A stretch of 54,489 bases of DNA from Chromera velia (Eukaryota), in the NCBI GenBank assembly GCA_018398765.1, contig JAHBMJ010000203.1:1-54489 (forward strand). Reading direction: 5' to 3'. Shown in pieces: positions 11,880 through 22,174 of the stretch. Below the pieces are notes generated by a model. That model was given only the letters and a program-made list of their open reading frames with translations, did no database searches and was not told the DNA's origin. Each line of letters starts with the position of its first letter. The first letter of the stretch is position 1. The position numbers and the translations under genes were made by a program.

Positions 11880-14033
11880 CAATGAATCATCGGGATTCAC
11901 CTCCAGTAGCTTATCTTGTCGACACCGGTCGACACGGGAGCAGACATCTCCCTTCTGCACTCGAGGGTATACAGAAGAGTGAAGAAAGAAAACCCAGACT
12001 TGCCTCTGTACAGTGTTCCCCTGACTATCAAGGGTGAAGGAAGCAACAGACTAGAAAACATGGGCGCAGTGACGCTCTCTGTCCATTTGCACGGAGTCGT
12101 GAAGAAGCATCGGTTCTCTGTCTCCTCTTCAATCAATCATGACGGAATCTTGGGAAAGGATTTCTGCGACAAATATGTGTCTTCTCTTTCATTTCGGCCA
12201 GACAGACTTCGTCTAAAATCAGACGAGAAGGGCAAGACAATAGAAATCTCGCTTTCTCCAATCAAAGAGCTAAAGGGAAGCAAAATATTTCACACGAGTC
12301 CGACCTTTCTGAAAAATAAAGAGATCCTTCCAGGGAAAACGATCTCTCATGTATCACTCACCTTGACTGAGGACTCTCACATCCCAAATGGAGCACTCGC
12401 TCATACAGAACCTCGCCCACACATCGTACTTCCCCGAGGACTCCAGATCCAAGACTCAATCTGCACTGTCGAAAACCGCACAGTCCAAATACCAGTACTC
12501 AATCTTTCAGACAGATCAATCACTCTCCCACCAAATCTTCTTCTCGCCTACACGTCCTACTGTGCTCCTGAGAACGGCGACGAGCGTGCCCCATCGACCC
12601 TGTACACCCCAGGAAAGAAAGAAGAAGGAAAAATTGATGTTCTTGTCTCCAACATCGTCCACGATGGATTGCGGCATGTCATTGACGATGCAGGCACAAA
12701 ACAAGAACCAAACAAGTCGGTTGGCCTTTCAGAAGAAGAACAGCAGGAAGAAGAAACACAAATCCGAGACACAGTCAAGAAGGCAAGACACCTCGCAAGC
12801 CAACAAAAAGAACAGCTCCAGTCTCTCTTACTAAAATGCACAAACCTCCTTCCAACCAAAACGAACCCGGGCAGTCTGGGGTCAGCATCAGTTGGCATCG
12901 ACACCACAACTGAAGAGCCAGTTTATGTACGAACTCGTCCAGTCCCTCAAGCCCTAAGGAGGGAAGTAGACGAACAAATACAGGATTGCTTGGACTCAGG
13001 TATCATACAGGAATCGATTTCTGCTTGGTCAGCACCAATCGTATGCGCCAAAAAGAAATTGGGAAAACTTCGTCTGTGTATAGACTACCGAGCTTTGAAT
13101 GAAGTCTTGAAAAAGAAAAGATTTCCCCTCCCTCACACGGAAGACATATTGGCCCAGCTCCGTAACAAAACCTGGCACTCACTCATCGATTTGCACATGA
13201 CCTACAACCAAATCAAGGTAAAGGAGTCCGATCAAGAGAAACTCACCTTCGCTTGCCACAGTGGCAGCTACAAATTCTTGAGGGTCCCGTTCGGGATTCA
13301 GAGCGCTCCTGCCATCCTGTGCCAGAGGATGACGAGCATTCTCCAGGGACTCCTGCACACATGTTGTTTCATCTGTATGGATGATGCGGGATGATGTGCT
13401 TTTGTCGAGCCCCTCCTTCGAGCAACATCTTGAAGACTTGAAAGCGGTGCTCGACAAACTCGAAAAGGTGGGGGCCAAAGTTTCGTTCAGCAAATGCAAC
13501 TGGGCACGAAGGTAGGTTGAGTACCTGGGGCATCGAATAACGACAGAAGGAATCCTTCCGTCAGAAGAAAAGACTCGAGTCATCAAAGAAGCAATTCCAC
13601 CGACCAACGTCAAACAGGTCCGAGGATATTTGGGCTTGACAGGCTACTTCCGGCGTTTCGTCAAAGACTACGCTATCCTTGCCCAGCCACTTTACGACCT
13701 GACCAAAAAAAATCAAGAATTTGTATGGAACGAGAGTCACCAGAAAAGCTTTGAAAGGTTGAAAGAGGTGCTGACCTCCGCTCCAGTCCTGGGTCACCCG
13801 AGATGGGACGCCCCCTTCATCCTCAAGTGCGACGGCTCCCAGAACGCGATCTTTGCAATTCTCTGCCAGGAGGATCAACAAGGGCGTGTCACTGAGTACC
13901 CGATAGGCTACGCATCAAGACGGCTGACCACTCACACCACATCAGCGAACAGGAATTTGCAGCCATCTGCACTGGCGTGAAAAAGTACAAGCACTGGCTC
14001 TACGGAAGAGAATTCATCGTGATCACCGACCAC
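11880..14033 (+). pseudogene. pol: Pol pseudogene: protease, reverse transcriptase, RNase H
   Basis: LVDTGADISLL and GILGKDF (protease); WSAPIV..KK..LRLCIDYRALN, PFGIQSAP and CMDD (RT); LKCDGS, PIGYASRRL and KYKHWLYGREFIVITDH (RNase H); frameshifts at about 11926, 13387 and 13935. Confidence 0.95.
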
Positions 14034-14231
14034 GTAGTGACAACAGCAAGAAAAAAAAAAAATAGAATCCGGACCACCCCACGAAGTGCTGCTCAAAATC
14101 CTTGAGTAAACAACTTCGGAAATTCAAACAACAAACAAATAAGAAATACAGCCACAACACGACCAAACCACGAAGTGCTGCCCAAATTTGTTAAGCAGAC
14201 AGACACAGACGCAGACACAGGCACAGATACA

Positions 14232-14265
<34 letters not shown>

Positions 14266-14712
14266 ATCGTCACCGTTCAAGCAACCCAGACGACCCTTTT
14301 CTTAAATAGAGATCCCGGAATAGAAAGGAAAACAAAATCGATTATTTCGGTTACTATCTCACCTTCGAGACCAAGCACCAGCGCATCCTTTTTATCCAAC
14401 CCATCTTCACGCCCTAGATCTAGCAGTACCCCTTCCACGCCGTTGGAGCCCATTTAGAACAGACTTTGCACGAACTTGGAAACGGACTGCATACCTCGAC
14501 CTTGCCATTCCGCTCTACTGCTTGGTGTAGAGCCTTCCATTCGTCTTTTTCGCTCCGTCTACGTGGGATGCAAGTTGAGCCTTGATGGTTCATGTTGACG
14601 AGACGGCTGCGTATTCATTTCTTCCCTCCCCTTCTCTGTTTCTCCATACTGTCCCTCTTTATGCTGCTCCACTAGAGGTCTGAATAGCGTCGTGGCGCGA
14701 GTTTCTTTGATT

Positions 14713-14849
14713 CTATTCAGCCACAAGATCGGGGCAGACATGTCTGTCTCGTCTGTCTAAAATCTTCCTTCATATTTATTGTATTTCAGGAGGTACTGCG
14801 TGGGTCCGTTCATTGTGCTTCTCCCACGGACTCTATCAACTTCATGCAT
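14713..14849 (-). pseudogene. Chromodomain remnant (integrase C-terminus of a chromovirus-like element)
   Basis: Manual translation MHEVDRVRGRSTMNGPTQYLLKYNKYEGRF*TDETDMSAP(fs)DLVAE* fits the EVE.I...YL.KW...W.....L..P.L pattern, with TAG at Trp positions. Confidence 0.65.
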
Positions 14850-14943
14850 TCTTTTTCTCTTCCATTTCAGCTTTTCCTTGAGACTCGTCTGTTCTTTGCC
14901 TTTTCTGAACTTTTGTTCCTATACTAGTTCCTATATTCGCTCC

Positions 14944-14982
<39 letters not shown>

Positions 14983-15153
14983 TGAAAGAGAAGGAGGCCT
15001 TCGCAGCCGCGTTGCTTACGCCTGCTGCGCTCGTATGTCATCATCCTCCGGCTCTCTTGCTTCTGCGACGTCAGGTTCTTCTTCCAGTGGCACGTCATCA
15101 TTGAGGTCGAGAATTTCTTGCATTTCCTGGTTTCGGTTCCATGTACCACAGCC

Positions 15154-16925
15154 TTACGTGGGTAAAGGAGTGAATTGGGGTCTTCTCGGAGGACTGTTCG
15201 AGTTGAAAGGTCGGTTTGAGTAAGACGGAGGGTTGTTGGAGTGTCCGGTTAGTCTGTAGTGTGGGTAAGGCTGTGCGGGTCTGGCTGTAAACGAGTCTAG
15301 TCTTCCTTGACTCATAAGGAGTTCTTGTCTTCTAGAACTCAGTCTCAGCCCCAGCCTTTTGTCACGTTCGAGTGCACGACAGGCAGCACGAATGTGTCCG
15401 CTTTTGAAGCAATAGTTGCATGTGGTAGAAAGAGGAAGAGAACAGCCTTTTGGTGTATGATTTCGCGTGCCCGCGCAGTGATGACACTTTGCTCTCTCTT
15501 CTGCAAGAGTGGTCACGATATTTGCGATGTTTGCAGCGAATTGGACTCTGTCGGATGTGACTTGGCGGTGGTCCTGAATGGTTGCTCTTTCGGGATTCGC
15601 GTGCTGCTGCGGTGATCTGTTCCTGATGGCGTGGCTCCCATTGGGTCGCTCTACGAATAGATAGACTGGTAGGACGTGGGGGGGATTTGCTTGATGGGTT
15701 GGTGAAAAAGAAGGAACACTCATTTCATCCAGCCTTTCTTCGCTTGCTTTTGCTCTCATGGCTGAGACATGACAAGAGACACTTGGAGCAACAAACGTGT
15801 ATGTTTTTGCGTCCTGAAGGACCGATGGGAAGGAAGAGTAGGTCTTCGTTCGGAGGGCAACTCGCACGATTTCATTCGAGAGGCCTTTGATGAAGTGTTT
15901 GAAGACGTTGGATGAATCAATGTCTTTCCCGCTTTCATTGCAGAGGGTGCGGTATCTGTTTGCGAAGTCATCCAGAGATTCGGTCAGTTTCTGCTTGAGC
16001 GAGAACAATCTTTCTTCTGCTGAGTCTTGGTCTGCTTCTGTTAGTTGGTATTCGTTGAAAAAGAGATCAGTCAGTTGTTTAAGGTTTGTAAGAAGGAGCA
16101 CTCGTGTCTGAGGCAATTGGTCGTACCAAGTCTTTGCCTTTCCTGCGAGGGTAGAGGGAAAGTAGATGTCGCGGAAGTCAAGAAAATCCCAACGCATGCG
16201 ATCGTACAGTCGCAGCAGTCTTCCCCAGTATGCTTTTGCTTTGGTTCGATCACCAGAGAAGGAAGACAAATCGATCTTCACTTTCGGCATGTCTCTGTTC
16301 CGGAAGTTTGATGGTGGGGGTCGGGATCATCATGCTTGACTGGCAGATGCGCGCTGTGCACCTGTGATTCCTCCAACGACTGTGACAAGGTTGCCTTGCT
16401 CATCAACCTTGAAAATCACCCCTTGATTCTGCAGGTTAATGAGTGTCTGTGAGTCGACGCTCCGGAGGGGAATCCCTATTCTTGCTGCTCCTTGTGGGGG
16501 CTGAGCGACCGGGAGTGCTGCTGAATGCTGCTGATGGTGGTGCTGCTGCGGCCGCTGGGGCTGCTGGAGCCTGTTGGTTGTGGGCTTCTTGCTGATTTGG
16601 GGCTGCGTTTTCTTCAACGTCTACTATCTGAACGTCTGCTTGTGCATACTTGTGCATCGTGGTTGGCTTCTGCTGCTGCTTCTGGATTAGGAGGTAGATT
16701 CTGCTGGATAGGATTCGGTTGTGGATCTTGCTGTGGAGGAGGCACATCAGGTTGGTGGTCGTTGTTTATTCCGAAGTTTTGGGGTACTAGCAGATGGGCT
16801 GCTTTGGCTTTCGGCTGAACCTTAGCTTGTGCTGCTCCCTTCGCTTTTGGCTGTGCTTTTGGTTTGGGTTGTGGGTCCAGCTGTGCCTTCGGTTGTGCTT
16901 TTGCTTTCGCCTTCGCTTGTGGCAT
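15154..16925 (-). pseudogene. gag: Second Gag, paralogue of 10350-11420, with AK/PQ-rich N-terminus and CCHC knuckle
   Basis: 378-aa ORF 15154-16290 shares DFRDIYFPSTL.GKAKTWY and LTEADQDSAEE with the first gag; CNYCFKSGHIRAAC; upstream segments are split by stops. Confidence 0.9.
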
Positions 16926-18360
16926 CGTGAGAAGAGCAGTGGGGACGAGGATCAGTCAAATAAGACCAGCGGCTGCTGGAGACGAGATATGGGGTAGAAG
17001 GAAGTGTTTCTGGTCTGTGTACTTTTCTTGCTGTGAAGTGTTAAGACTGAGAGCCTTGAGTGTTCGTGACGACTGTCGGTTGTGTGCCCACACGCAGTTA
17101 GTGTACTGATCCAGTAAGAAGACTTTCTCGTTGTCTGGATTCTTGATGAAGTCGGAGTTCCTTTTGAGGGTTCTTTCTGTCAGAAGGCGTGCTTGTTCGC
17201 TACTGTCAGAAGAGCACAGATGGAGAGATTCTCCTAGAAGGACGAATCTCAGCGCCTTCTTTGCACGGGAAGAAGTCTGATCGAAATCGATAGGTGGTCT
17301 CTTCAGTGGGAATGGTTGTTGATCAAAGTTGCTTGCCTGCGTGTGTTGATCGATTCCTCCTGCTTATGTTTGAATTTTCTGCAGCGCTTCGCGGTTGGGT
17401 GCTGTTCCGGGCTCGATTTTCTCAAAAGGGGAAGAAGGAGTACTCAGAAGAAAAATTTGGTAGCGCTTCGCGGTCAGCTGCTTCTTTGAAGGGGATTTTT
17501 CTCAAAGGGAAGCAAGGAGCACACAAAGGAAATTAGGCAGCGCTTCGCGATCTGGTTCTCTTCTTGGGAGATCCTTCGGCAAAGTCCCGGATTTTGCTTC
17601 TTGGGGGCCGAGCCAATAACGCGGTCAATCACGAAGAGCTCGATCTTTTCCTTCTTGCGGCGAGTCTGTTCTTTGGTCAGAACTTGACAGAAAGAGGGTA
17701 GTAGAAGGTACCTGGGTGCTCGGAGGGGACCTCGCTTCTTCCGTCGTTTTGCCGATGCCTGTTGTGCTTCAGGTCAGAAGAGCTTGGAGAGTTCGACGCT
17801 CTCGCTGGCGATGTCACCACGTGTTCTGTTCTCCCCCGACGCGATTGGCCAGACAGAGACACAATCTAACCTAGATAGCGCTATAGGAGCCTAGAAGGCT
17901 AGTCGTATCGATATATGCAGATGAAGTGACATATCGGTTAAGCTCTTTCTGAGCGTTCAGTACTGGCTGTACTGTATCGATATTGCACGTATCGGTCTAC
18001 AGAGCTAAGGTTTGAAGGTTCAGTACTGGTCGTCTGGTCTGGAGTCGCTGGGTCTTGAAGGATGCTCGGAAGCTTCGATTCGATTGGATGCTCGATTCAA
18101 GATCCGAAAAATTTTCCTCAATCCGGTGCCTCGAACTGGCGGCATGCTTTTTATTGATTTCTTTCGATTCGATCTGATTTCATAATTTAGCTAATTTCTC
18201 GTACATTCGTAAGCCGTGACTTACGCGTTACGCATGCATTACGCGTAATGTGGGAATTACGCGTTAGTCTTGCCTTACGAGTGGGCCCCAAAAATATATG
18301 TCGGCGTGGCCCTGGAAAGCGCAATATTTAATATCTTCAGGTCTTAATATGATGAGTAAA

Positions 18361-18434
18361 GAGGGTGTTGCGAGACTTGAACCGATGACCATCAGAGTGT
18401 TAGGCAAACACCTTAAAGGTTAGGCTGTCTAGAC
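18361..18434 (-). pseudogene. Degenerate tRNA-Val(AAC)-like sequence or SINE head
   Basis: Minus strand ...gcc-taacac-tctgatggtcatcggttcaagtctcg has a CTAACAC anticodon loop, GGTC variable loop and GGTTCAAGTC B-box; stems pair poorly. Confidence 0.5.
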
Positions 18435-18628
18435 GTGCGCCGCGCGCAATATCTTTCTATTACAATATTTCGAAATTATTATTTTTTTTTCTAAATTTTT
18501 GCATGATTAATTGTATCCTTACAACTTCATTTATTTTCAAATAGTTTAGGATAACAATTCGTTTGATTTTTGATATTGATTGATTTTGATTGATGTGTGC
18601 ATGTGAATAAATGATAGGATTCATACTA

Positions 18629-19005
18629 CCGTATGTTCAATAAATAGAGTTTGAAAAAATTTCAAAAAAATCTCACATGTTTAAGAAAGATGCTCTAAAA
18701 CAGCCGTGCAAAGAAACATACAGCCGGGGGTTGGAATTCATACTTTTGCTTTCTAGAGCGCTTCACAATCTTTAGATAATTAGAAAAAAAAAAATATGCA
18801 AAATCGGACTTCCAAACAAAAAACCTAAGTTTTTCACAAAGCATTAAAAAAGATTGCTTATGACTCTGCTGTGTCAATACATATATTTTTCAAGGATTGG
18901 TTCTATATCAGTGGGAGTTTACACACAAAAAGTTTCAGCTTCTAACTCTTCATCGTTGCAAAGTTATATCTTTTGAAATTTTGTGGTAAATTATTGAACA
19001 TACGG
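18629..19005. repeat. MITE-like module, copy 1 (TIR CCGTATGTTCAATAA...TTATTGAACATACGG)
   Basis: 15-bp perfect TIR with TA on both sides; direct repeat of 21469-21843. Confidence 0.93.
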
Positions 19006-19007
19006 TA

Positions 19008-19100
19008 TACTGGGCCGCGGCGGGCCTCAGCGCACGCTGGGACAAGACGGGGCCGCGCGCCGGTCAAAACTTGCATGCATGCATGCATGCATGCACACTT
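19008..19100 (+). promoter_or_regulatory. GC-rich putative promoter with a TGCATGCA tandem
   Basis: tgcatgcatgcatgcatgcatgca at about 19072-19095, 55 bp before the ORF1 ATG. Confidence 0.45.
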
Positions 19101-19149
19101 GTTCACCGTCTATCTCTCCAGCTAGCCATGTCTGTCTGACCGTTGACTT

Positions 19150-20100
19150 ATGGTTGTGGCTTGGCTGAAGAGATGTTTTTCTCGCAGTGGTGGAAGAACG
19201 ATGTCATTGAACAAAGCAAACAGGTACTGCTTAGGTCTCGTTACGTTGAAGCTGGAAACTTTTCGAAAATATCACGGTTACGTTCAGTTTGAGTTCAGAG
19301 AAGTCAGAACTTCGAGCCGCCGTTTGGCAGACTGTAGACGGGATCAGCACAGATATGAAGAGGATGCAAAGAGAAGCGCTGCCTGGTGTCGGTGCGGGAA
19401 GAAGGATTCGTTTGTCTTGTTGGCGTGTGTTGAGGTTCCTGTAGGTCCAGAGGGGCTGTTTGCAGAACTTGTTGCTCTCGTGGAAGACTGGACTCCAGGT
19501 GAATGGTTTTTTGTTCGTGGAGCGTTTGCGGTACAGATCATTCTCTCTTTATCTGTCGTACGAGAAATGAGAAAGCTTCGACAACTGTGGGAAGAAGGCA
19601 AACTGACGTTTGAGTGGGCATGTAAGCTTACGTCAGAAAATAAAGAGTTTCAAAATACACATCGCCATCTTTTTTCTCTTTGCTTTGTTTGCGGATCACC
19701 GCAGCACTCAGCAGTACACTGTCCCACTGCAAGCGCTGTCTCAGAGAATGAAACTGTCTTTGCTGACCAAATCAATGAAATGGGTAGACAAGCGGGGGGG
19801 ACCTTTTACGATCTTGCGTCCGTTGGTGTGTATTTTCACAAAGGGAACGCAGATCAGAGAGTACTGCCCCATTGGTACTTTCGCAACGAAGATAAGCAGG
19901 ACAGTTTTTTCTTTTGCATGGCTGCAGAGGGTGTTTGGAGGCTGCGTTGGGTGTTTGCGTCCAAAGTTGTGCAAGAATTGGACTTCTGTGCCAAAGGAGA
20001 GGGGGAGGCTGCCTGGGTGGTGCTTGAGTACCTCCATTGGGTTTTGCAAAAGAAGTTGGAAACAAAACGAAAGTTGAAGAATGAGGGCAGTGCGAGGTAG
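19150..20100 (+). CDS. Putative GIY-YIG endonuclease with CCHC zinc knuckle, 316 aa
   Basis: GLVTLKLETFRKYHG (GIY..YIG equivalent), R..QH, SAAWC, a Glu in FAE, VRGA..VQI.LS, then CFVCGSPQHSAVHC. This matches the motif order I recall for small GIY-YIG plus knuckle proteins of large DNA viruses and protists. Confidence 0.65.
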   Translation: MVVAWLKRCFSRSGGRTMSLNKANRYCLGLVTLKLETFRKYHGYVQFEFREVRTSSRRLADCRRDQHRYEEDAKRSAAWCRCGKKDSFVLLACVEVPVGPEGLFAELVALVEDWTPGEWFFVRGAFAVQIILSLSVVREMRKLRQLWEEGKLTFEWACKLTSENKEFQNTHRHLFSLCFVCGSPQHSAVHCPTASAVSENETVFADQINEMGRQAGGTFYDLASVGVYFHKGNADQRVLPHWYFRNEDKQDSFFFCMAAEGVWRLRWVFASKVVQELDFCAKGEGEAAWVVLEYLHWVLQKKLETKRKLKNEGSAR

Positions 20101-21142
20101 GAGAGGACAGGGCAGGACAACAGGGAAGGGGGGTAGGGCAGGGAAGGGAAGAAGAGACGCCAGAAGAGACGAAAATGGAAAGATGGGTCTTGGGAGGCCT
20201 AGACGGTACACAGATGAACAAGAGAAGAAATGGGTGCATGAATACAAGCTTTTGCGTAAGAGTTCCCGTCTTCATCCAACCATCGACAACCTGAAAGAGA
20301 TCATGAAGAAGAAACACCCTTCTTTTCTTCCTTTTCCTTCATCAAAGGGAACAGTGTCGGCAATTTTGCGAAGAGGTGGGCTGAGATTCTATCGAATGCG
20401 CCAAGGTCAGCTCATCGATGAACTGATTGCAGCAGAAAGACTGAGGGAAGCAAAAGAGTTGAGCCGTCTTTCAATCAGACACTTCGAGACTCGCGTTCTC
20501 TTTCTTGATTTCAAGACGTTCGTTCCAAGGAACACACCTCGACAAAAGGAATATGCATTGCGGCTCTCGCAAAGAGGGGTTTTCAGGACAAGGGAAGAGG
20601 GGACAGAGAGATGGGCGAATGCACCACATGGGAGAAGAAACCGGCCAGGGGGGGCAGGGTCTTTTTGCCTGGGTGTGATCATTGGAGATGGACGGGTCTG
20701 GGTGTGTGCAGAAGTGCCAAAGGGATACAAGTCAGCAGATCTCTGCACGTTCCTCGATGACGTTGTTCGACCAGCGTTGGAAGCTGGGGGAATCGGCAGA
20801 GTTTTCACCCTGCGTACAGACAGGGACCGCCCACTGATTGCGGTTGCAACACAGCCGTCTCTGAACCGGCTTCCTTGCAAAGTGCAAATTGCAAAGGGGC
20901 ACCAGCAGGCCCTAATGCCCCACGACTTCTCTTTGTGGGCGGAGGTCGATCGACGCCGTCTCATCCAAGAGTCAACGATGAGTGATGCCAGCCTGCAGGA
21001 GACTACCCTGCAGTATCAAAATCGCATCATTCATCTAGTTCAGTCCCTCCCAGAGAGTTATATTAGGTCCATCTGTGGGGCGGTTCAGGGAAGGGCAAAG
21101 CAGGTGGTAGAGGCATTGGGGTACCGTCACCTTAGTGATTAA
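20081..21142 (+). CDS. Divergent Tc1/mariner-superfamily transposase (DD34D), intact, 353 aa
   Basis: GRPRR motif, HTH SKGTVSAILRRGG, VLFLD (D1), LRTD (D2), LMPHDFSLW (D3, 34 residues after D2) and the typical tail LPESYIRSICGAVQGRAKQVVEALG. Confidence 0.85.
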   Translation: MRAVRGRRGQGRTTGKGGRAGKGRRDARRDENGKMGLGRPRRYTDEQEKKWVHEYKLLRKSSRLHPTIDNLKEIMKKKHPSFLPFPSSKGTVSAILRRGGLRFYRMRQGQLIDELIAAERLREAKELSRLSIRHFETRVLFLDFKTFVPRNTPRQKEYALRLSQRGVFRTREEGTERWANAPHGRRNRPGGAGSFCLGVIIGDGRVWVCAEVPKGYKSADLCTFLDDVVRPALEAGGIGRVFTLRTDRDRPLIAVATQPSLNRLPCKVQIAKGHQQALMPHDFSLWAEVDRRRLIQESTMSDASLQETTLQYQNRIIHLVQSLPESYIRSICGAVQGRAKQVVEALGYRHLSD

Positions 21143-21468
21143 ACTTCACATAAACACAGACTTGCAAACAGATTGTAAACAACTTCATGCTATACAACAA
21201 TTATGTCTTTTCATACTATAATACTTTTCTTTCTTCTAGGCCTTTTAGTGCGATCTAATATTTTAAAAGAATTTGATCCAGGTATGTATGCTGGTCAGTA
21301 TATAATTTTAGTCATTTCAATTAAAAACACATTTTTTTTAAAAAAAATGCCCCAGCACTCTTTTCCAATAATATATAAAAGCTAAGAGTAGTTTGCCTTT
21401 ATTTATAAGAAAGAAACTCTGAATGTACGTTAAAACATTTTATTTTAATTTTTTTACAAGCGTGCATT

Positions 21469-21843
21469 CCGTATGTTCAATAAATAGAGTTTGAAAAAAA
21501 TTTAAAAAAATCTCACATGTTCAGGAAAGATGTTCTAAAATAGCCGTGCAAAAAAACATACAGCCGGGGGTTGCAATTCGTACTTTTGCTCTCTAGAGTG
21601 CTTCACAATCTTTAGATAATCAGAAAAAAAAAAATGCAAAATCGGACTTCCAAACAAAAAACCTAAGTTTTTCACAAAGCATTAAAAAAGATTGCTTATG
21701 ACTCCGCTGTGTCAATACATATATTTTTCAAGGATTGGTTGTATATCAGTGGGAGTTTACACACAAAAAGTTTCAGCTTCTAACTCTTCATCGTTGCAAA
21801 GTTACATCTTTTAAAATTTTGCGGTGAATTATTGAACATACGG
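21469..21843. repeat. MITE-like module, copy 2 (same orientation as copy 1)
   Basis: Colinear with 18629-19005 over its full length; differences are mostly transitions; the inner end is preceded by TT rather than TA. Confidence 0.93.
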
Positions 21844-22174
21844 TAGTATGCTGAGTTCATTGCTGACGTCTTTCTCCATAATTTTATATATTTCTCTTAT
21901 AATTAATAAGAACTCAGAGATATATGTGCTCTTCAGACAGCTGAGCGTTTTAAGTTCTCTTACGGTGCACCGTTTTTTGAGAGAGGATGCGGTCTCCATC
22001 GGGATAGTCAATCATGCCCTCTCCTATGGATCAAGGGGACACATACAAGCAAAAAACCTAGACATATGCAGACCAAGAAAAGGTAATGTAGAAAAAGAAA
22101 TCTGACGAACGAAAAAAACAAAAAAAAAAGAGAAATGCATACAACTTGCTTACATCTCGCTGCTCAGAGCAACG

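Larger units (their letters stand above)
10350..14033 (+). mobile_element. Ty3/Gypsy LTR retrotransposon, decayed and 3'-truncated (gag-PR-RT-RNaseH; no integrase, LTRs not found)
   Basis: Domain order gag, CCHC knuckle, aspartic protease, RT, RNase H; similarity ends after ...REFIVITDH at 14033. Confidence 0.93.
14660..17870 (-). mobile_element. Internally deleted Ty3/Gypsy (chromodomain-type) element, convergent with the first; boundaries approximate
   Basis: Gag is followed within about 300 bp by the chromodomain; PR, RT, RNase H and integrase core are absent. Confidence 0.7.
18626..21846 (+). mobile_element. Composite-like Tc1/mariner element: module - GIY-YIG/CCHC ORF - DD34D transposase - module
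   Basis: Outer ends form a perfect 22-bp inverted match (catactaccgtatgttcaataa / ttattgaacatacggtagtatg) that includes a flanking TA; two intact ORFs inside. Confidence 0.8.

Noticed and set aside
10350..14033. DIRS element or retrovirus
   Set aside because: An aspartic protease is present, no tyrosine recombinase or env was seen, and the RT/RNase H motifs are Ty3/Gypsy-like.
14742..14759. Another X-cg-X duplication footprint
   Set aside because: It encodes TDETD at the natural spacing within the chromodomain, so it is probably coincidental.
19150..20100. Fanzor/TnpB RNA-guided nuclease as transposon cargo (also considered for 47576-50565)
   Set aside because: No RuvC D/E/D motifs or paired CxxC ribbon seen in either cargo.
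18629..21843. LTR retrotransposon (direct repeats plus a CCHC knuckle suggesting gag)
   Set aside because: No RT, protease, PBS or PPT; the repeats carry TIRs with TA flanks rather than TG..CA ends; the enzyme is mariner-type.
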